From: a virus
Lineage: Duplodnaviria; Caudoviricetes
Length of the DNA stretch: 64,000 nt
Virus record (IMG/VR): IMGVR_UViG_3300031555_004891
Direction: 5' to 3' (one strand)
Part shown: piece by piece, positions 31,721-43,502 of the stretch
Numbering within the stretch: position 1 is the first letter of the stretch
Layout: every line of letters begins with the position of its first letter
Position numbers and translations under genes: made by a program
Notes under the pieces: generated by a model
What the model saw: only the letters and a program-made list of their open reading frames with translations
What the model was told of the DNA's origin: nothing
The model's database searches: none

Positions 31721-34700
31721 ATGTTTATAGTAAAAAGAAGCGGTAAGCGTGAAAAATTTGACAAAGAAAAAATAAAAATTGTTTTAGAAAAAGCTAATGA
31801 AACAGTTTTAGAAGAGTATCGAATATCTAAAACTATAATAAACAATATAGCTGAGAAGATCGAGAAGCTAGCAGAAGAAAATGCAACTATGTTTACTATA
31901 GATGATATCCAGGATGCAGTGGAAGATTATCTCATTAAAATAAATAAATATGAGTTAGCTAAATCATATATAAAACATAGATATACGAAAGAATTAGCTA
32001 GAGATAAATATTCTAAGATGATGGATGCTATTGCGAATAAAGTAGCATGCAAAGATATCCAAAATCAAAATGCTAACTTAGATGAAAAATCTTTTGGTGG
32101 TAGAATTGGTGAAACATCATCTTTAATAATGAAACAGTTTGCTTTAGATTATTGTGTATCACCCAAAACTAGAGAGAATCATCTCAATAATGAGGTTTAT
32201 ATACATGACCTCGATTCTTATGCTGTTGGAAGTCATAACTGTTTAAGTATTCCTTTTGATAAGCTATTAGCTAAAGGCTTTAATACTAGACAAACTGATG
32301 TTAGACCTGCAAATAGTGTTAATACAGCCATGCAGTTAGTTGCTGTTATATTCCAATTACAAAGTTTACAACAATTCGGTGGAGTAAGTGCAACACATCT
32401 AGATTGGACGATGGTTCCATATGTGAGAAAATCTTTTGCAAAACATTTTAAAGATGGTATGGAAGAATTACCTTTCAAGTGGTGGAAATTGTTTAAGGAT
32501 ACTAGAAACTATCAACCACCAAAAGAATTACCTTTCGATGATGCTACTATAAACTTAAAAAGATTTAGAAGAGTTTATAGATATGCTATGAAAATGACTA
32601 AAAAAGAAACCCATCAAGCAGTAGAAGCTTTATATCATAACTTAAATACATTGCAAAGTAGATCTGGCTGCCAACTTCCTTTCACCAGCATTAATTTAGG
32701 AACATGTACGCAAGAAGAAGGGCGGTTAGTCAGTAAAGAAATTCTTACTGTGTGTAGACAGGGTTTAGGTAAGTTTCATAAAACATCTATCTTCCCATGT
32801 GTTATATTTCAATGCATGAAGGGTGTTAACCGTAAAAAGGGTGATCCTAATTATGATTTATTTAGGCTAGCATTAAAATCAACTGCTGAGAGATTATACC
32901 CCAACTATGCTAATGTAGATTGGAGTGGTAATGCTGGATATGATCCAAAAGATCCTAAAACATATTTTTCAACGATGGGTAAGCGTAAACTACAGCTCAT
33001 CTAAAATCTTTTGAACCTCGCTCGAGGGTGTTTAATATTACTAAATGGGTAGAACCTTAAATATTTTTAATTAAAGGTTATGCTAAATTTATTGATAATA
33101 TTTTGCTAACGGTTAGGTCCAGACATCCTGGATGAGACCGTGCTAAGCGGGTGAGGATAGATTTGGTTATATACAAAATAACATGTTTAAAAAATAATAA
33201 AATTTATATAGGTCAAACAAAAAATACATCTAGAAGACGTTTCGAACATCATGTTAAAGGTGCCTTAACAAATGATTTAGATACGCATTTAGCTAGAGCT
33301 ATAAGAAAATATGGTCCAGAAAACTTTATTTTAGAAGATATAGATTTTGCTGAAAATCAAGAAGATTTAACTGAAAAAGAGTATTATTGGATAAATTTTT
33401 ATGAAAGCTTTAAGCCAGATATTGGTTATAATGAGACAAATAATAAAAATAAATGCGGCGGAAATACATATAAATTTAAAAGTATTGAAGAAATGCAGAA
33501 AATAAAACGTAAAATCTCAAAAGCAAATTCTGGTTCTAAAAATGGTATGTCAAAAGGTGTTAAATGTAAAAACACAAAAAGCGGAGAAGAATTTCATTTT
33601 GGTTCGACCGCGGAATGTGCTAGGTTTTTTGGTACATATGTAACTGGTTTTATAAGAAAACGCTGTTGTGGTTACAATTACCTATATAAAAATACCTGGG
33701 CTTTTGCTTGGGAAGATGATCAATTTCTTTTAGAATATGAGAATTTTGATCCATCTACTAGAAAAGGAATAAAAGTTTAGCTTTTAAATTTAGAAACAAA
33801 AGAGGTATATACTTTTAATAGTAAAAGTAAAGCAGCAAAATTTCTAAATGTTGAGTTAGCAATTATTAAACATGATATTATTGTAAATAATTATAGAATA
33901 TCTATTCTCAACTGAAAGTGTATCGACTATTCCTGATGAGTTTAAGGAAGTAGGATTGGAGATAAGCACCAATCCGAAGCGGAAGACTACTTATAATAAA
34001 AGTAGAAGATATAGTCAGTGCTAACAGTAATGTTAGATAAAATGTGTAGAACAGCGAATGGTTATGATATAAACGGCTTTGCTCAACTAAAAGACGGTAG
34101 AGGAAACATAGCACCTACTACTATAATTCTTCCAACATTAGCTATGGAAGCAGAGAAAGATGTTAAGAAATTTATGCGCCTTTTGAGAATTAAGTTAGAA
34201 GAAGCGAAAGATTCTTTAATTGATAGATTCGAATGGATTTCAAGTCAATCATCAGATTCTGCAAAATTTATGTATGAAAATGGAACTATGGAAGGTTACA
34301 TTCCGAAAGAAGGAATTAGATCAGCATTAAAACATGGTACTTTAGCTATCGGTATGTTAGGTATGGCTGAGACTTTAGAATTATTAGTTGGTTGTAATCA
34401 TACTAAACCAGAAGGAATGAAACTAGCAAAGAGAATTTGTTCCTTATATAAACAAAAATGTGCTGAGTATAAAGAAACATATAAGCTTAATTTTGGCGTA
34501 TATTACACACCAGCTGAGAATCTTTGTTATACTGCAATGAATAAATTTGTAGAAGCTTATGGTGTTATTCCTAAAGTTTCAGATCATGAGTATTTTACAA
34601 ATTCTATCCACGTACCAGTTTGGGAAGAAATAGATGCTTTTGAAAAAATAAGAATTGAAAGTGAGCTTACTGGATATAGTTCAGCTGGTTGTATAACATA

Positions 34701-35019
34701 TACTGAGTTAGATGCATCTGTAGCAAAAAACATAGATGCTTTAGAAGATTTAGTTAATTTTGCTATGGATCATGATATCCCGTACTATGCGATTAATGTA
34801 CCGGTAGATCAATGTATGAGTTGTGGCTATCAAGCAGAAATTACAGAAGATATTTGTCCTAAATGCGGTAGTACAAAAATACAGCGATTGAGACGTGTGA
34901 CAGGTTATTTGACAGGTTCCTATAAAGATTCTTTCAATTATGGTAAGCAGAAAGAAACCGAAGCTAGGGTAAAACATACAGGTATTTCTGTATTAAAAGA
35001 TAGCGAGGATAATGCTTAA
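31721..35019 (+). CDS. nrdD: anaerobic ribonucleotide reductase, two exons (31721-32980 and 34045-35019)
   Basis: ATP cone, IHDLD, spliced MG|CRT, TPAE, CxxC...CPKC, RRVTGYL glycyl-radical motif. Confidence 0.93.
32981..34044 (+). mobile_element. group I intron in nrdD
   Basis: Exon GATGGGT pairs with guide GCTCATC (32995-33001) with U.G at the splice site; P7 GACTA / AAGATATAGTC; terminal G 34044; removal restores MGCRT. Confidence 0.9.
33151..33915 (+). CDS. intron-encoded GIY-YIG homing endonuclease (1 TAG)
   Basis: VIYKI..KIYIGQT..R..E..GYN; TAG 33778 read through into a second NUMOD1-like repeat, TGA 33913. Confidence 0.88.
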
Positions 35020-35486
35020 TGAATATTTGTGACATTACGACCTGTGATGTTTGCAATGGTGAGGGTATTGGTGTAGTTCTTTGGATATCTGGTTGTGATG
35101 TCCAATGTCCAGGTTGTCATAATAAAGAAACCTGGGATCCAAATTTCGGTAAGCCTTTTGATGAAAATGCTAAACAAAAATTATTTTCAGAGTTAGAAAG
35201 ACCTGAAATAAAACGGTTAACACTTTCTGGTGGTCACCCACTTATGCCGTGCAACTTTATAGCTGTCAAAAATTTACTAGAAGAAGTCAGAGAAAAATTT
35301 CCTAAAATTATTATTTGGTTATATACTGGATACACTTATGAGAGTCTATCTGTAGAGCAGTTAGAAATGATACACTCTTGCGTAGATGTATTAGTAGATG
35401 GACCATTTATAGAAGAGGAAAAAGATATATCCTTAGAGTTTAGAGGCTCTAGAAATCAAAATATAATAAGAATAACTGGAAAGTAA
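35019..35486 (+). CDS. nrdG: anaerobic RNR activase
   Basis: CxxxCxxC, SGGHP, LVDGPF, FRGSRNQ. Confidence 0.95.
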   Translation: MNICDITTCDVCNGEGIGVVLWISGCDVQCPGCHNKETWDPNFGKPFDENAKQKLFSELERPEIKRLTLSGGHPLMPCNFIAVKNLLEEVREKFPKIIIWLYTGYTYESLSVEQLEMIHSCVDVLVDGPFIEEEKDISLEFRGSRNQNIIRITGK

Positions 35487-35491
35487 TTTTT

Positions 35492-35520
35492 AAGACCCCT
35501 GCATTTAGGGGTCTTTTATT
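35492..35520 (+). terminator. intrinsic terminator
   Basis: AAGACCCCT...AGGGGTCTT + T tract. Confidence 0.8.
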
Positions 35521-35550
35521 TTGTATAATATTATGTGGAGGACTATTTAA

Positions 35551-35949
35551 GTGGATAAATATTACGATGATTCTATGCGAATGGATGATTTAGAAACTGA
35601 AATGACAAATAGAGAGCTTAAAGAATATATAGATAGAAAAATAAGCGATGCTTGCCAAATGTCTTTAGCGCATGATTCGGATATATTACCTGGGTTTACC
35701 ATGACAACTAGCTCAGATAAAGACGCCGGAGATGATAGTCAAGATAACATAGAATGCATAGATTATATTTTAGATAAAAACTTAAATTACTGTTTAGGTA
35801 ATGCTATACAGTATATAAGTAAATGCGATCTTTCAAATAATGCTTCTATTGATGCTAAATATAAAGCGATTGAAAATTTAAGAAAAGCTATTGAGTACTT
35901 AAATACAGAAATAGAGAGAATTGATAGATCTACGGTAAAAAATAGTTGA
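35551..35949 (+). CDS. DUF3310-like protein
   Basis: IECIDYI..YCLGNAIQY..ENLRKAIEYL. Confidence 0.65.
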   Translation: MDKYYDDSMRMDDLETEMTNRELKEYIDRKISDACQMSLAHDSDILPGFTMTTSSDKDAGDDSQDNIECIDYILDKNLNYCLGNAIQYISKCDLSNNASIDAKYKAIENLRKAIEYLNTEIERIDRSTVKNS

Positions 35950-35993
35950 AATTACTTATAATAAATTATATAATATAAGCAAGAGGTACATAT

Positions 35994-36575
35994 ATGTTAG
36001 AAGAAAAAACAAATATTACATATGAGCAATATCAAAAAGATTTTGTTGCTGGCGATCAATTTGTTATGTGGAACGATTTCTCAAATCAACCTGTGCGTTG
36101 TGATAATAGATTTTATTGGGAGCAACATTCTGTTTATAATCTTATGAAACCAGTTATCCACCGTTGGTTATTTAGCTATAATATACCAGAAGATCAGATT
36201 TTTGGAAGATATGGGTTAGTCGATGACCTTATACCGTATCAACGCCAATACAACTTGCTCATGAACAGTTATACTAATCTGTTAGTTAGATTTACTAGCC
36301 CACTTTTATTAGTAGAAGATGGCTCTGTAGATTGCGATGAGTTATCAGAAGAAGGCTTAGCACCTGGAAAAATTATAGTGTATAGACAGGGCGGAAACCA
36401 ACCTGAAATATTATCAACTGTTAGTAGCAATGACTTAGCAGCTATAAGAAAAGCTTGCGAAGAAGCAAAAGATAATTTCTATTCTGCAGTTTATCGAGCA
36501 GAAGAGATATTGAGCTCAAAAAGAAATATTGCTCAAGAAGATAATAATCTAAATATAGAGGTAATAGATGAGTAA
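35994..36575 (+). CDS. protein resembling a fragment of a phage portal
   Basis: GLVDDLIPYQRQYN..LLVEDGSV..GLAPGKIIVYRQG. Confidence 0.55.
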   Translation: MLEEKTNITYEQYQKDFVAGDQFVMWNDFSNQPVRCDNRFYWEQHSVYNLMKPVIHRWLFSYNIPEDQIFGRYGLVDDLIPYQRQYNLLMNSYTNLLVRFTSPLLLVEDGSVDCDELSEEGLAPGKIIVYRQGGNQPEILSTVSSNDLAAIRKACEEAKDNFYSAVYRAEEILSSKRNIAQEDNNLNIEVIDE

Positions 36576-37965
36576 AATTATTATTGTAGGCGGAGGTCCA
36601 GCAGGTCTGTTTACCGCATTAGAACTAATTAAAAACAACTTTGGGGGTCAAATTACCATTTTCGAAAAGGGTAAGTTAGTTCAGAATAGACATTGTCCTA
36701 AAGATAAGATGAAAAAATGTGTTAACTGTAATCCATGCAACATCACTACAGGTATTAGTGGTGCAGGAGCTTTTTCTGATGGTAAGTTATCTTTAAGTCC
36801 GGAAGTTGGTGGAGATTTTCCTGAACTTATTGGCTACGATAAAGTAGAAGAATTGATCAAATATACTGATAATATCTATTTGGATTTTGGTGCTAGCGAA
36901 ACTATAGAAGGTTTAAATTTAGATAATCCAGAAGTTACTGAGATTAGAAGAAGAGCGATTAAAGCTGGTTTGAAACTGGTGGATTGTCCAGTGCGGCATT
37001 TAGGTACAGAAGAAGCTCATAAAGTTTACTATAATATCCAACAATATCTTATTGAGAATGGTGTTGAGATTATAGATCGAGTTGAAGTAGACGATTTGAT
37101 TATTGAAAACAATAGATGTGTAGGTGTAATTACCGATAAACGCTTTATCACCGAGACTAAACATTATGCTGATAAGGTAATTGTAGCTACAGGTCGAAGA
37201 GGGGCAGCGTGGTTAGAAGAATGCTGCAGAAAACATAATATTGCACACTTACCAGGTACTGTAGATATTGGTGTCCGTGTTGAGTGTAGAAATGAAATTA
37301 TGGAAACTATCAATAAAAATTTATATGAAGGAAAATTGATTGGTTACCCTAATCCATTTAGAAATAAAGTAAGAACTTTCTGTCAAAATCCAGGTGGGTT
37401 TGTTGCTCAAGAAAATTATGACGAAGGTTTAGCAGTAGTAAACGGCCATTCTTTTAAAAATACTAAATCAACAAATACTAATCTAGCGATTCTCTGCTCA
37501 CACAATTTTACTACACCATTTAATCAACCTATCGAATATGCTAAGATGGTAGGTCAGCTGACAAATATGCTCGGTGATGGACACATTTTGGTGCAAAGAT
37601 TTGGTGATATTCTCAATGGTAAGCGAACCTGGCAAAAAGAATTAAATAGAAGTAATGTTAAACCCACTCTTCCTGATGCTATTGCTGGTGATATTACTGC
37701 TGCGATGCCTTATAGAGCCATGACTAACATTATAAACTTTATTAAACAGTTAGATGAGGTTGTTCCAGGTTTTGCGAGTGATGAGACTCTCTTATACAGT
37801 CCAGAATTAAAGTTTTACAGTAATAAAGTAGAGATGGATAAAAACTTAAATACATCGGTTATCGGTCTACACTGTTTAGGTGACAGCAGTGGTTGGACTA
37901 GAGGTCTTATGATGGCATCGGTTATGGGTGTTTATTGTGCAAGAAAACTTTTGGGAAACAATTAA
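36568..37965 (+). CDS. NAD(P)/FAD-dependent oxidoreductase (host-like)
   Basis: IVGGGPAG, GAGAFSDGKL, RHLGT, ATGR, DIGVRVE, VRTFC, GDSSG. Confidence 0.9.
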   Translation: MSKIIIVGGGPAGLFTALELIKNNFGGQITIFEKGKLVQNRHCPKDKMKKCVNCNPCNITTGISGAGAFSDGKLSLSPEVGGDFPELIGYDKVEELIKYTDNIYLDFGASETIEGLNLDNPEVTEIRRRAIKAGLKLVDCPVRHLGTEEAHKVYYNIQQYLIENGVEIIDRVEVDDLIIENNRCVGVITDKRFITETKHYADKVIVATGRRGAAWLEECCRKHNIAHLPGTVDIGVRVECRNEIMETINKNLYEGKLIGYPNPFRNKVRTFCQNPGGFVAQENYDEGLAVVNGHSFKNTKSTNTNLAILCSHNFTTPFNQPIEYAKMVGQLTNMLGDGHILVQRFGDILNGKRTWQKELNRSNVKPTLPDAIAGDITAAMPYRAMTNIINFIKQLDEVVPGFASDETLLYSPELKFYSNKVEMDKNLNTSVIGLHCLGDSSGWTRGLMMASVMGVYCARKLLGNN

Positions 37966-37967
37966 TT

Positions 37968-38498
37968 ATGGAAAACTTAGAAGAAGATTTTAATGTGCTT
38001 GAAGATTTAGAAACACCAGAAGAACATGAACGCTTTTTACTGGAGATGGCTAATGTTCGGGGAAAATCTGTTAAGGTTGAAGACATTGATTTTTCTTTTT
38101 ATATCTCCACAAAAGGTGATATTCAGCACGCTATAAGAATTAAGATTTGTTGGAATAGAGAGCGTATGCAATTAAATACCACTGGTATCCTCCAGTTACA
38201 TGGTGATTATGAATACTTCAATAGTCCTAATAGCAACTACAAACCAAAAAAGTACGAAGTAGAAACTGTTAGATATTTTGGTAAAAAATATAAAGTTCTA
38301 TTTGCTGCTGTGTGGGAAGATAAGTTAGATGCATCTGACCTTGCTGCATACTTTACTGGGTATATAAGCTGGCAAGAACTTATGAAAAGTTTCATGGATA
38401 TAGATGAAGAAGTTCTTGAAGTAATAGCTAATTGTAGGGGTTTGAAGGATTTAGAATTTGCAGTACGTAAAAACAACGCTTTTAATATGAACGATTGA
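37968..38498 (+). CDS. hypothetical protein
   Basis: ORF. Confidence 0.7.
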   Translation: MENLEEDFNVLEDLETPEEHERFLLEMANVRGKSVKVEDIDFSFYISTKGDIQHAIRIKICWNRERMQLNTTGILQLHGDYEYFNSPNSNYKPKKYEVETVRYFGKKYKVLFAAVWEDKLDASDLAAYFTGYISWQELMKSFMDIDEEVLEVIANCRGLKDLEFAVRKNNAFNMND

Positions 38499-38506
38499 GG
38501 TGAACT

Positions 38507-38875
38507 ATGTTTGAAGATATTATATTAAAAACTGAACAGCATCTAATTTTTGTAGATCCTAACTGGACCTTCTTTTGGATTTTTGTTGTAGGCATCTCCA
38601 TTTTAGGCTTTTTATCATTTGTGTTCGCATTCAAAAATCTTTTTTTGAAGAAAATGAATATGCTTTTAACAAGTTTAGGCTGCACTGTTATGATGAGTCT
38701 AATAATCTGTGTATTAGGTTATTTTATTGCAACAGTTCCATATGTAGGTACCCCACACTATGAAAATTACTACCATGTAGAAGCAGAAAAATTTTATGTC
38801 TATGAAGAAAGAGATGAGTACGAGATTGTTCGACAGGAAGATAAAATATTAGTTGTAAGAGAGAAAACAGATTGA
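38507..38875 (+). CDS. two-TM membrane protein
   Basis: Two hydrophobic segments; resembles 53823 and 54214. Confidence 0.7.
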   Translation: MFEDIILKTEQHLIFVDPNWTFFWIFVVGISILGFLSFVFAFKNLFLKKMNMLLTSLGCTVMMSLIICVLGYFIATVPYVGTPHYENYYHVEAEKFYVYEERDEYEIVRQEDKILVVREKTD

Positions 38876-39414
38876 TGTTTTTAGATTATAATCTTATAGA
38901 TAAAAATATAGAAGAAAAATCTGGAATATACATCTTTTACAGAGAGTAGGAAGGTTTTAAGTTCGCTTATGTTGGCTAGTCTATAAATTGTAGAAATAGA
39001 ATAATTTAGCATCTCAAGGGCTACGATCAGCATATAGATTTAAGTATTCGTAAACATGGATTGTATTCCGAAGAAAATCTAACTGGATATAAAGTAACTA
39101 TAGCTGAATATTGCAATGAAGATGTATTAGATGAAAAAGAATTATTCTATTGCAAAAAATGGGCTAATGAAGGATATCAACTTAGAAACACTACTAGCGG
39201 AAGTTAGGGTCCAGGAAAGTTTGGTATAAACCCTAATAAATCCAGTAAGGGTTATCGAGATGGAGTTGCTTATGGTTATAAAAAAGCACAAAAAGAAATA
39301 AAACATCTTTTTGAAAAGCATTTAGAGGTATCGATAAAGGGTAAGCCTAATAAAAATAAACAAAAAGCTTTAGATAAATTTAATACATTTATAGATAATA
39401 CCACAGGAAATTAA
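38875..39414 (+). CDS. GIY-YIG nuclease, 179 aa, 4 TAG (absent from ORF track)
   Basis: SGIYIF..AYVG(TAG)S..R..(TAG)HL..LDEKE..LRN; ATG overlaps upstream TGA. Confidence 0.88.
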
Positions 39415-39494
39415 GAACCTGTGGTATTTTTAGTTGATTTATTTTTAAATTTATTATATAATATATTTGCGAATAAAATATTAAGGGTTTAATA

Positions 39495-41080
39495 ATGAAA
39501 AACAAAATTGTACTCAAAATACCTAAAATAGATATTAAAAAAGAAACACCTGAACAAAGACTTGAGCGAGTACGTCATGGTAATGTTTTGAGAACCAGGG
39601 TTGTTCCTAATAAGAAAAAGCTTACAAATAAGCAACAGAGACAGAGTGATAGCAGAGAGATTAAAGATTATGTCTAAAAAGAAAGAGCCTATATATGAGC
39701 CAAAAGCTGAAAATGATTGGGACGAATATGCAAATTGGAAATATTTTAATTGCATAAAATGTGGTGGTAGAGTTGGTAAGTATTCTTACCCACTTCGTTG
39801 CCCTCACTGTAGTGTAAAACTTAAAGAAAGAACTTGAGGTGAAATATGAAAGACTTAAATGTTGGCGATTTAGTTGTTGTACCTGGGTGTAGATTTGGTA
39901 CAATAAAGGCTATTTCCAGTACCCATGCAATTGTTGAAATTGAAATTACTGAATATAATGATGTTATTGAGGAAACATATCCTTTAGATAATATAGCGAA
40001 GGTGTAATTATGAGAATAATCAAGTCAACAGAAACTCAAACCAAAATTTTATATGAAAGCTTTGATGGTAAGACTTTTGATACTGAACACAGATGCAAAC
40101 TGCACGAAGCTAAGGATATTTATGAAACATACGTGCAAGAGTTAGTGTTTATGGATAATATTTATGATACATTTAAGTGTAATGATCCAGATGATTGGTA
40201 TTATATAATTTATTATCTTAGATTTAATTTATGTAGCAGCTTTAATATCTATGAGAAGGACTTTTCAAAATACGCAGGTAAGCAATTGATCGTAGAATAT
40301 GATTCTGGAGAAGATTGGGATTTATGCAATCTGATTTGTGCTGATACGTTTATTAAGAATTTAGAAGAAACAATTTCTGAAACTCAAAACAGCATTGATA
40401 AGCTCAAATTTTTATCGAAGCTTCCACCCCTAGTCTCTAGCAAGGAATGGTAATTATGACAAGAATAGATGTTGTAGATATTTATAAAACGATTAAAGAT
40501 GAGCTTTCTATTTATCCAGATGTTTGGGATGAAAAATGTTGGGAATTAGCTTGCACAATTCATGCTAAATATAAAAATGAGCGAGTTAACCCTAAATATA
40601 ATTCTACTACAGATGGAATAAAAAGATATGAGTGCGCAGTTTGTGGAAAAGAAGTCACTGGCTGCGATTATTGTCCAAGATGTGGTGTAAGATTAATTTA
40701 ATAAAATGGGGTTAAACATGAGTAGAGAAGAAATGTTAGGAATATTAATCGCTGTAGGTATAATGATTGCATGCATACCTATTAGAATGTTTGCAGATTG
40801 GCTTTTTGAGAGGTGGGTATGCAAAGATTGTAACTGCAAGGGTTGCTGTGAGAAAAGAAATATTGAGGATAAATAAATTATGTTAAACACTAAGTTATCA
40901 GATAGTGAAAAAGAATCTTTATTGAAACATTTGTTAACATATGTCAGTCTCGAAGAGCAAAAGATAAATGGTGATTATAGCTATATAATTCATTTTAATA
41001 AAGATCAGTTTATTCCTTTTGATTATGCGCAACTTATAAAGAAAGCAATTCTAAATATACAAAATAATGTGATTATGTGA
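39495..41080 (+). CDS. run of small TAG-free early ORFs (39495, ~39670, 40010, 40447, 40880 and others), several with CxxC
   Basis: Tightly packed ORFs after promoter at 39434. Confidence 0.6.
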
Positions 41081-41094
41081 GGTGATATACGATT

Positions 41095-41988
41095 ATGCTT
41101 AGTATTAGAAAAGGTTGTTTTGAAACGAATTCAAGCTCAATGCATTCTATTTGTATTGCTAAAGAATTTAGAAATGGCTACGACGATTGGGATTTAACTT
41201 TAGGTAATGGTTATAATGTAGATAAAAAAACTAATACATTCCATCTACTTCAATTTTCTAGTGATGATTCCGAATTTCATAGAGCTCCATTTAGGATTTT
41301 AGATAGACCAATTGATAAATTGCGTTATTTGGTAGGGTTATTTGTTAGATATAATTATCATAAGGATAGAAAAGGATCTGAAGCTTTCGAGTATTATATC
41401 GAACCAGAAGCTAAAGATAAATTTGACGCGCTCATTAAAAAAGCGACTGGATGTGAGAATGTGCAATATTATCACGAAGGATTTGCTGGTGAGAAAAATT
41501 ATCCAGATACGTCTTTAACAAATGATAGCGGCGAAAATGTTTATGCATTTATAAAGAGAAAAAATTTATCTTTCGAAGATGTTGTTTTTGATCCTAGAAT
41601 TACAATTCAGGTAGATGGGGATGAATATCAAGTGTTTAAGAAGCTGTTTGATAATAATCTTATCGATAGAAATGCTATTGAGGACATATCAAGTGGTTTC
41701 GAGTTCTGGTATGATGAAAATATCTATGTAGATGTTAAACGTCTCGCATGCAGAAAACATGATTGCTATGATAACATGACATATTTTGATTATATATGGG
41801 ATAATATGCAGGGGAAGACGCTTATTGAGTTATATGCTAGGGAAGCTTGTTCTGAAACTGCTTGGAGAAAATTGCGGAAAATCGCCGATCAATTTAATAT
41901 TAAAAAGTTCTCTGGGGTGAGTGGGGTGCATGATAAACATTTTCTTGAAAAATATTTCCCTGATATTGAGGTAAGTTATGTTAAATGA
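41095..41988 (+). CDS. phage protein with N-terminal RxxxFETNSSSxH motif
   Basis: IRKGCFETNSSSMH; paralog at 54613. Confidence 0.75.
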   Translation: MLSIRKGCFETNSSSMHSICIAKEFRNGYDDWDLTLGNGYNVDKKTNTFHLLQFSSDDSEFHRAPFRILDRPIDKLRYLVGLFVRYNYHKDRKGSEAFEYYIEPEAKDKFDALIKKATGCENVQYYHEGFAGEKNYPDTSLTNDSGENVYAFIKRKNLSFEDVVFDPRITIQVDGDEYQVFKKLFDNNLIDRNAIEDISSGFEFWYDENIYVDVKRLACRKHDCYDNMTYFDYIWDNMQGKTLIELYAREACSETAWRKLRKIADQFNIKKFSGVSGVHDKHFLEKYFPDIEVSYVK

Positions 41989-43502
41989 CGCTAAAATTGG
42001 CCAAGCTGTTTTATTTCCCAATGTTTATGGTGAGACATACTCAACAAAGTATTCTTATAGATATGGAAATGTTATGGCTGGTTTTGTGACTGATATTGAA
42101 TACATAGAAGCTAGAAAGCTTTATTTATATACGATTGGTACTATTAATCCTATGGATAACACAAAAGTTGTTTATAGAACACTCGGGGAACATCGTTTAT
42201 ATGCCATTAATGATTATGAAAATTGTTTTGCAGAAGTGAAGAGACTAGCTCAAAAAGTGGAGAATTAATTATATGGATAATGTAAAATTTGAGCCTTACG
42301 AAATCGAAGAATACCTCAAAAATAACGCTGAGTATAAAATTACTAGTTTAATACTTGCTAATCAAGCTAAAACATTAACTTATGGTCATATTCTTAATTA
42401 TATTTATGCTTTAAAGTGTGAGTTGGCTGGTGCAGATAGCAAAATCAATCAGTTAGAAGAAATCGTAGCTGACCAAAAAAGACAAATTAATGGCTATGTA
42501 TCTGATCAAGAAGTTTATATTAGCGGGTATCAAGGAATACAAAAAGAAAATGAACAACTGAAAGTCGAAGTTAAAAGATTGACTGAACAGTCTGGTAAAC
42601 ATGTTATTGAAAGCGACCATTGGAAGAGTATGCATGATGTACTAGCAGAGAGTTATACTAAGTTGAAAAATGATTTTGATAATCTTGAAGAAAAGTATCG
42701 TTTATACAAAGATGCAAATAATGTGATTAAGGAAAAAGCTGCTAAGCTACAAAAAGAAAATATTGAGTTGAGAAGCGAAAATGCTAGAAAAGATTTGCAA
42801 TTACAATTTCAAACAGTTGAAGCAGATATCGCAAATGCTTTAACTCAAAAACTTAGATTTTTTATTAGAGATGTTCTGATAGAAGCAGATAAAAAAGCTG
42901 AGGAAATCGGCGACTGTGATGAGACTGAGCGTGTCGTATATTTCACTATTGCTGATTATAAACTGGCTGAGTTAGCTAAAAAATTTACTATAGATCTGGA
43001 TTTAAAAGATGAACGATAAAGTATTATTTGACGCATTACCTATAGATGAGAAATTTAAAAAATTATTTGATCAGTATAAGCGAGAAATTCAAGAAAAAGT
43101 CCTTTACGATGTTTTAATAAGATTTTATTTCGCTGATTGGACTAGAGCTTGCGATTATGAAAATATGACTGCGGAAGAAGTTGTAAACGCTGCAATGGAA
43201 GTCTGTCATAAGATTGAAAAAGACTATAATTATGATGTGGATGATGATATTCTTCCAAGCCCATTTTCTGGACCTTATTATGATGTTGAGGACTAAATAT
43301 GAAATGTATATTAACAGATAATATTAGATATAAAGTATGTCCACATTGTGATACTATTTTCATATATGACCAGGAATTTAATACGTATAATGTATTTGAT
43401 GATAAAGGAAACGCAACTCTCATGGTTGAGTGTCCTGAGTGTAGAAAGTCATCAAAAGATGAGTTTTCAGAAAGTCTTATGAGGAGAATCAATAACACAT
43501 GA
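41978..43502 (+). CDS. four hypothetical ORFs (41978-42268, 42273-43019 coiled coil, 43009-43296, 43299-43502 zinc ribbon)
   Basis: Overlapping ORFs in operon. Confidence 0.65.

Noticed and set aside
31721-35019. nrdD as two genes or split by an intein
   Set aside because: Group I splice signals restore MGCRT exactly, and the insert contains stop codons in the exon frame.
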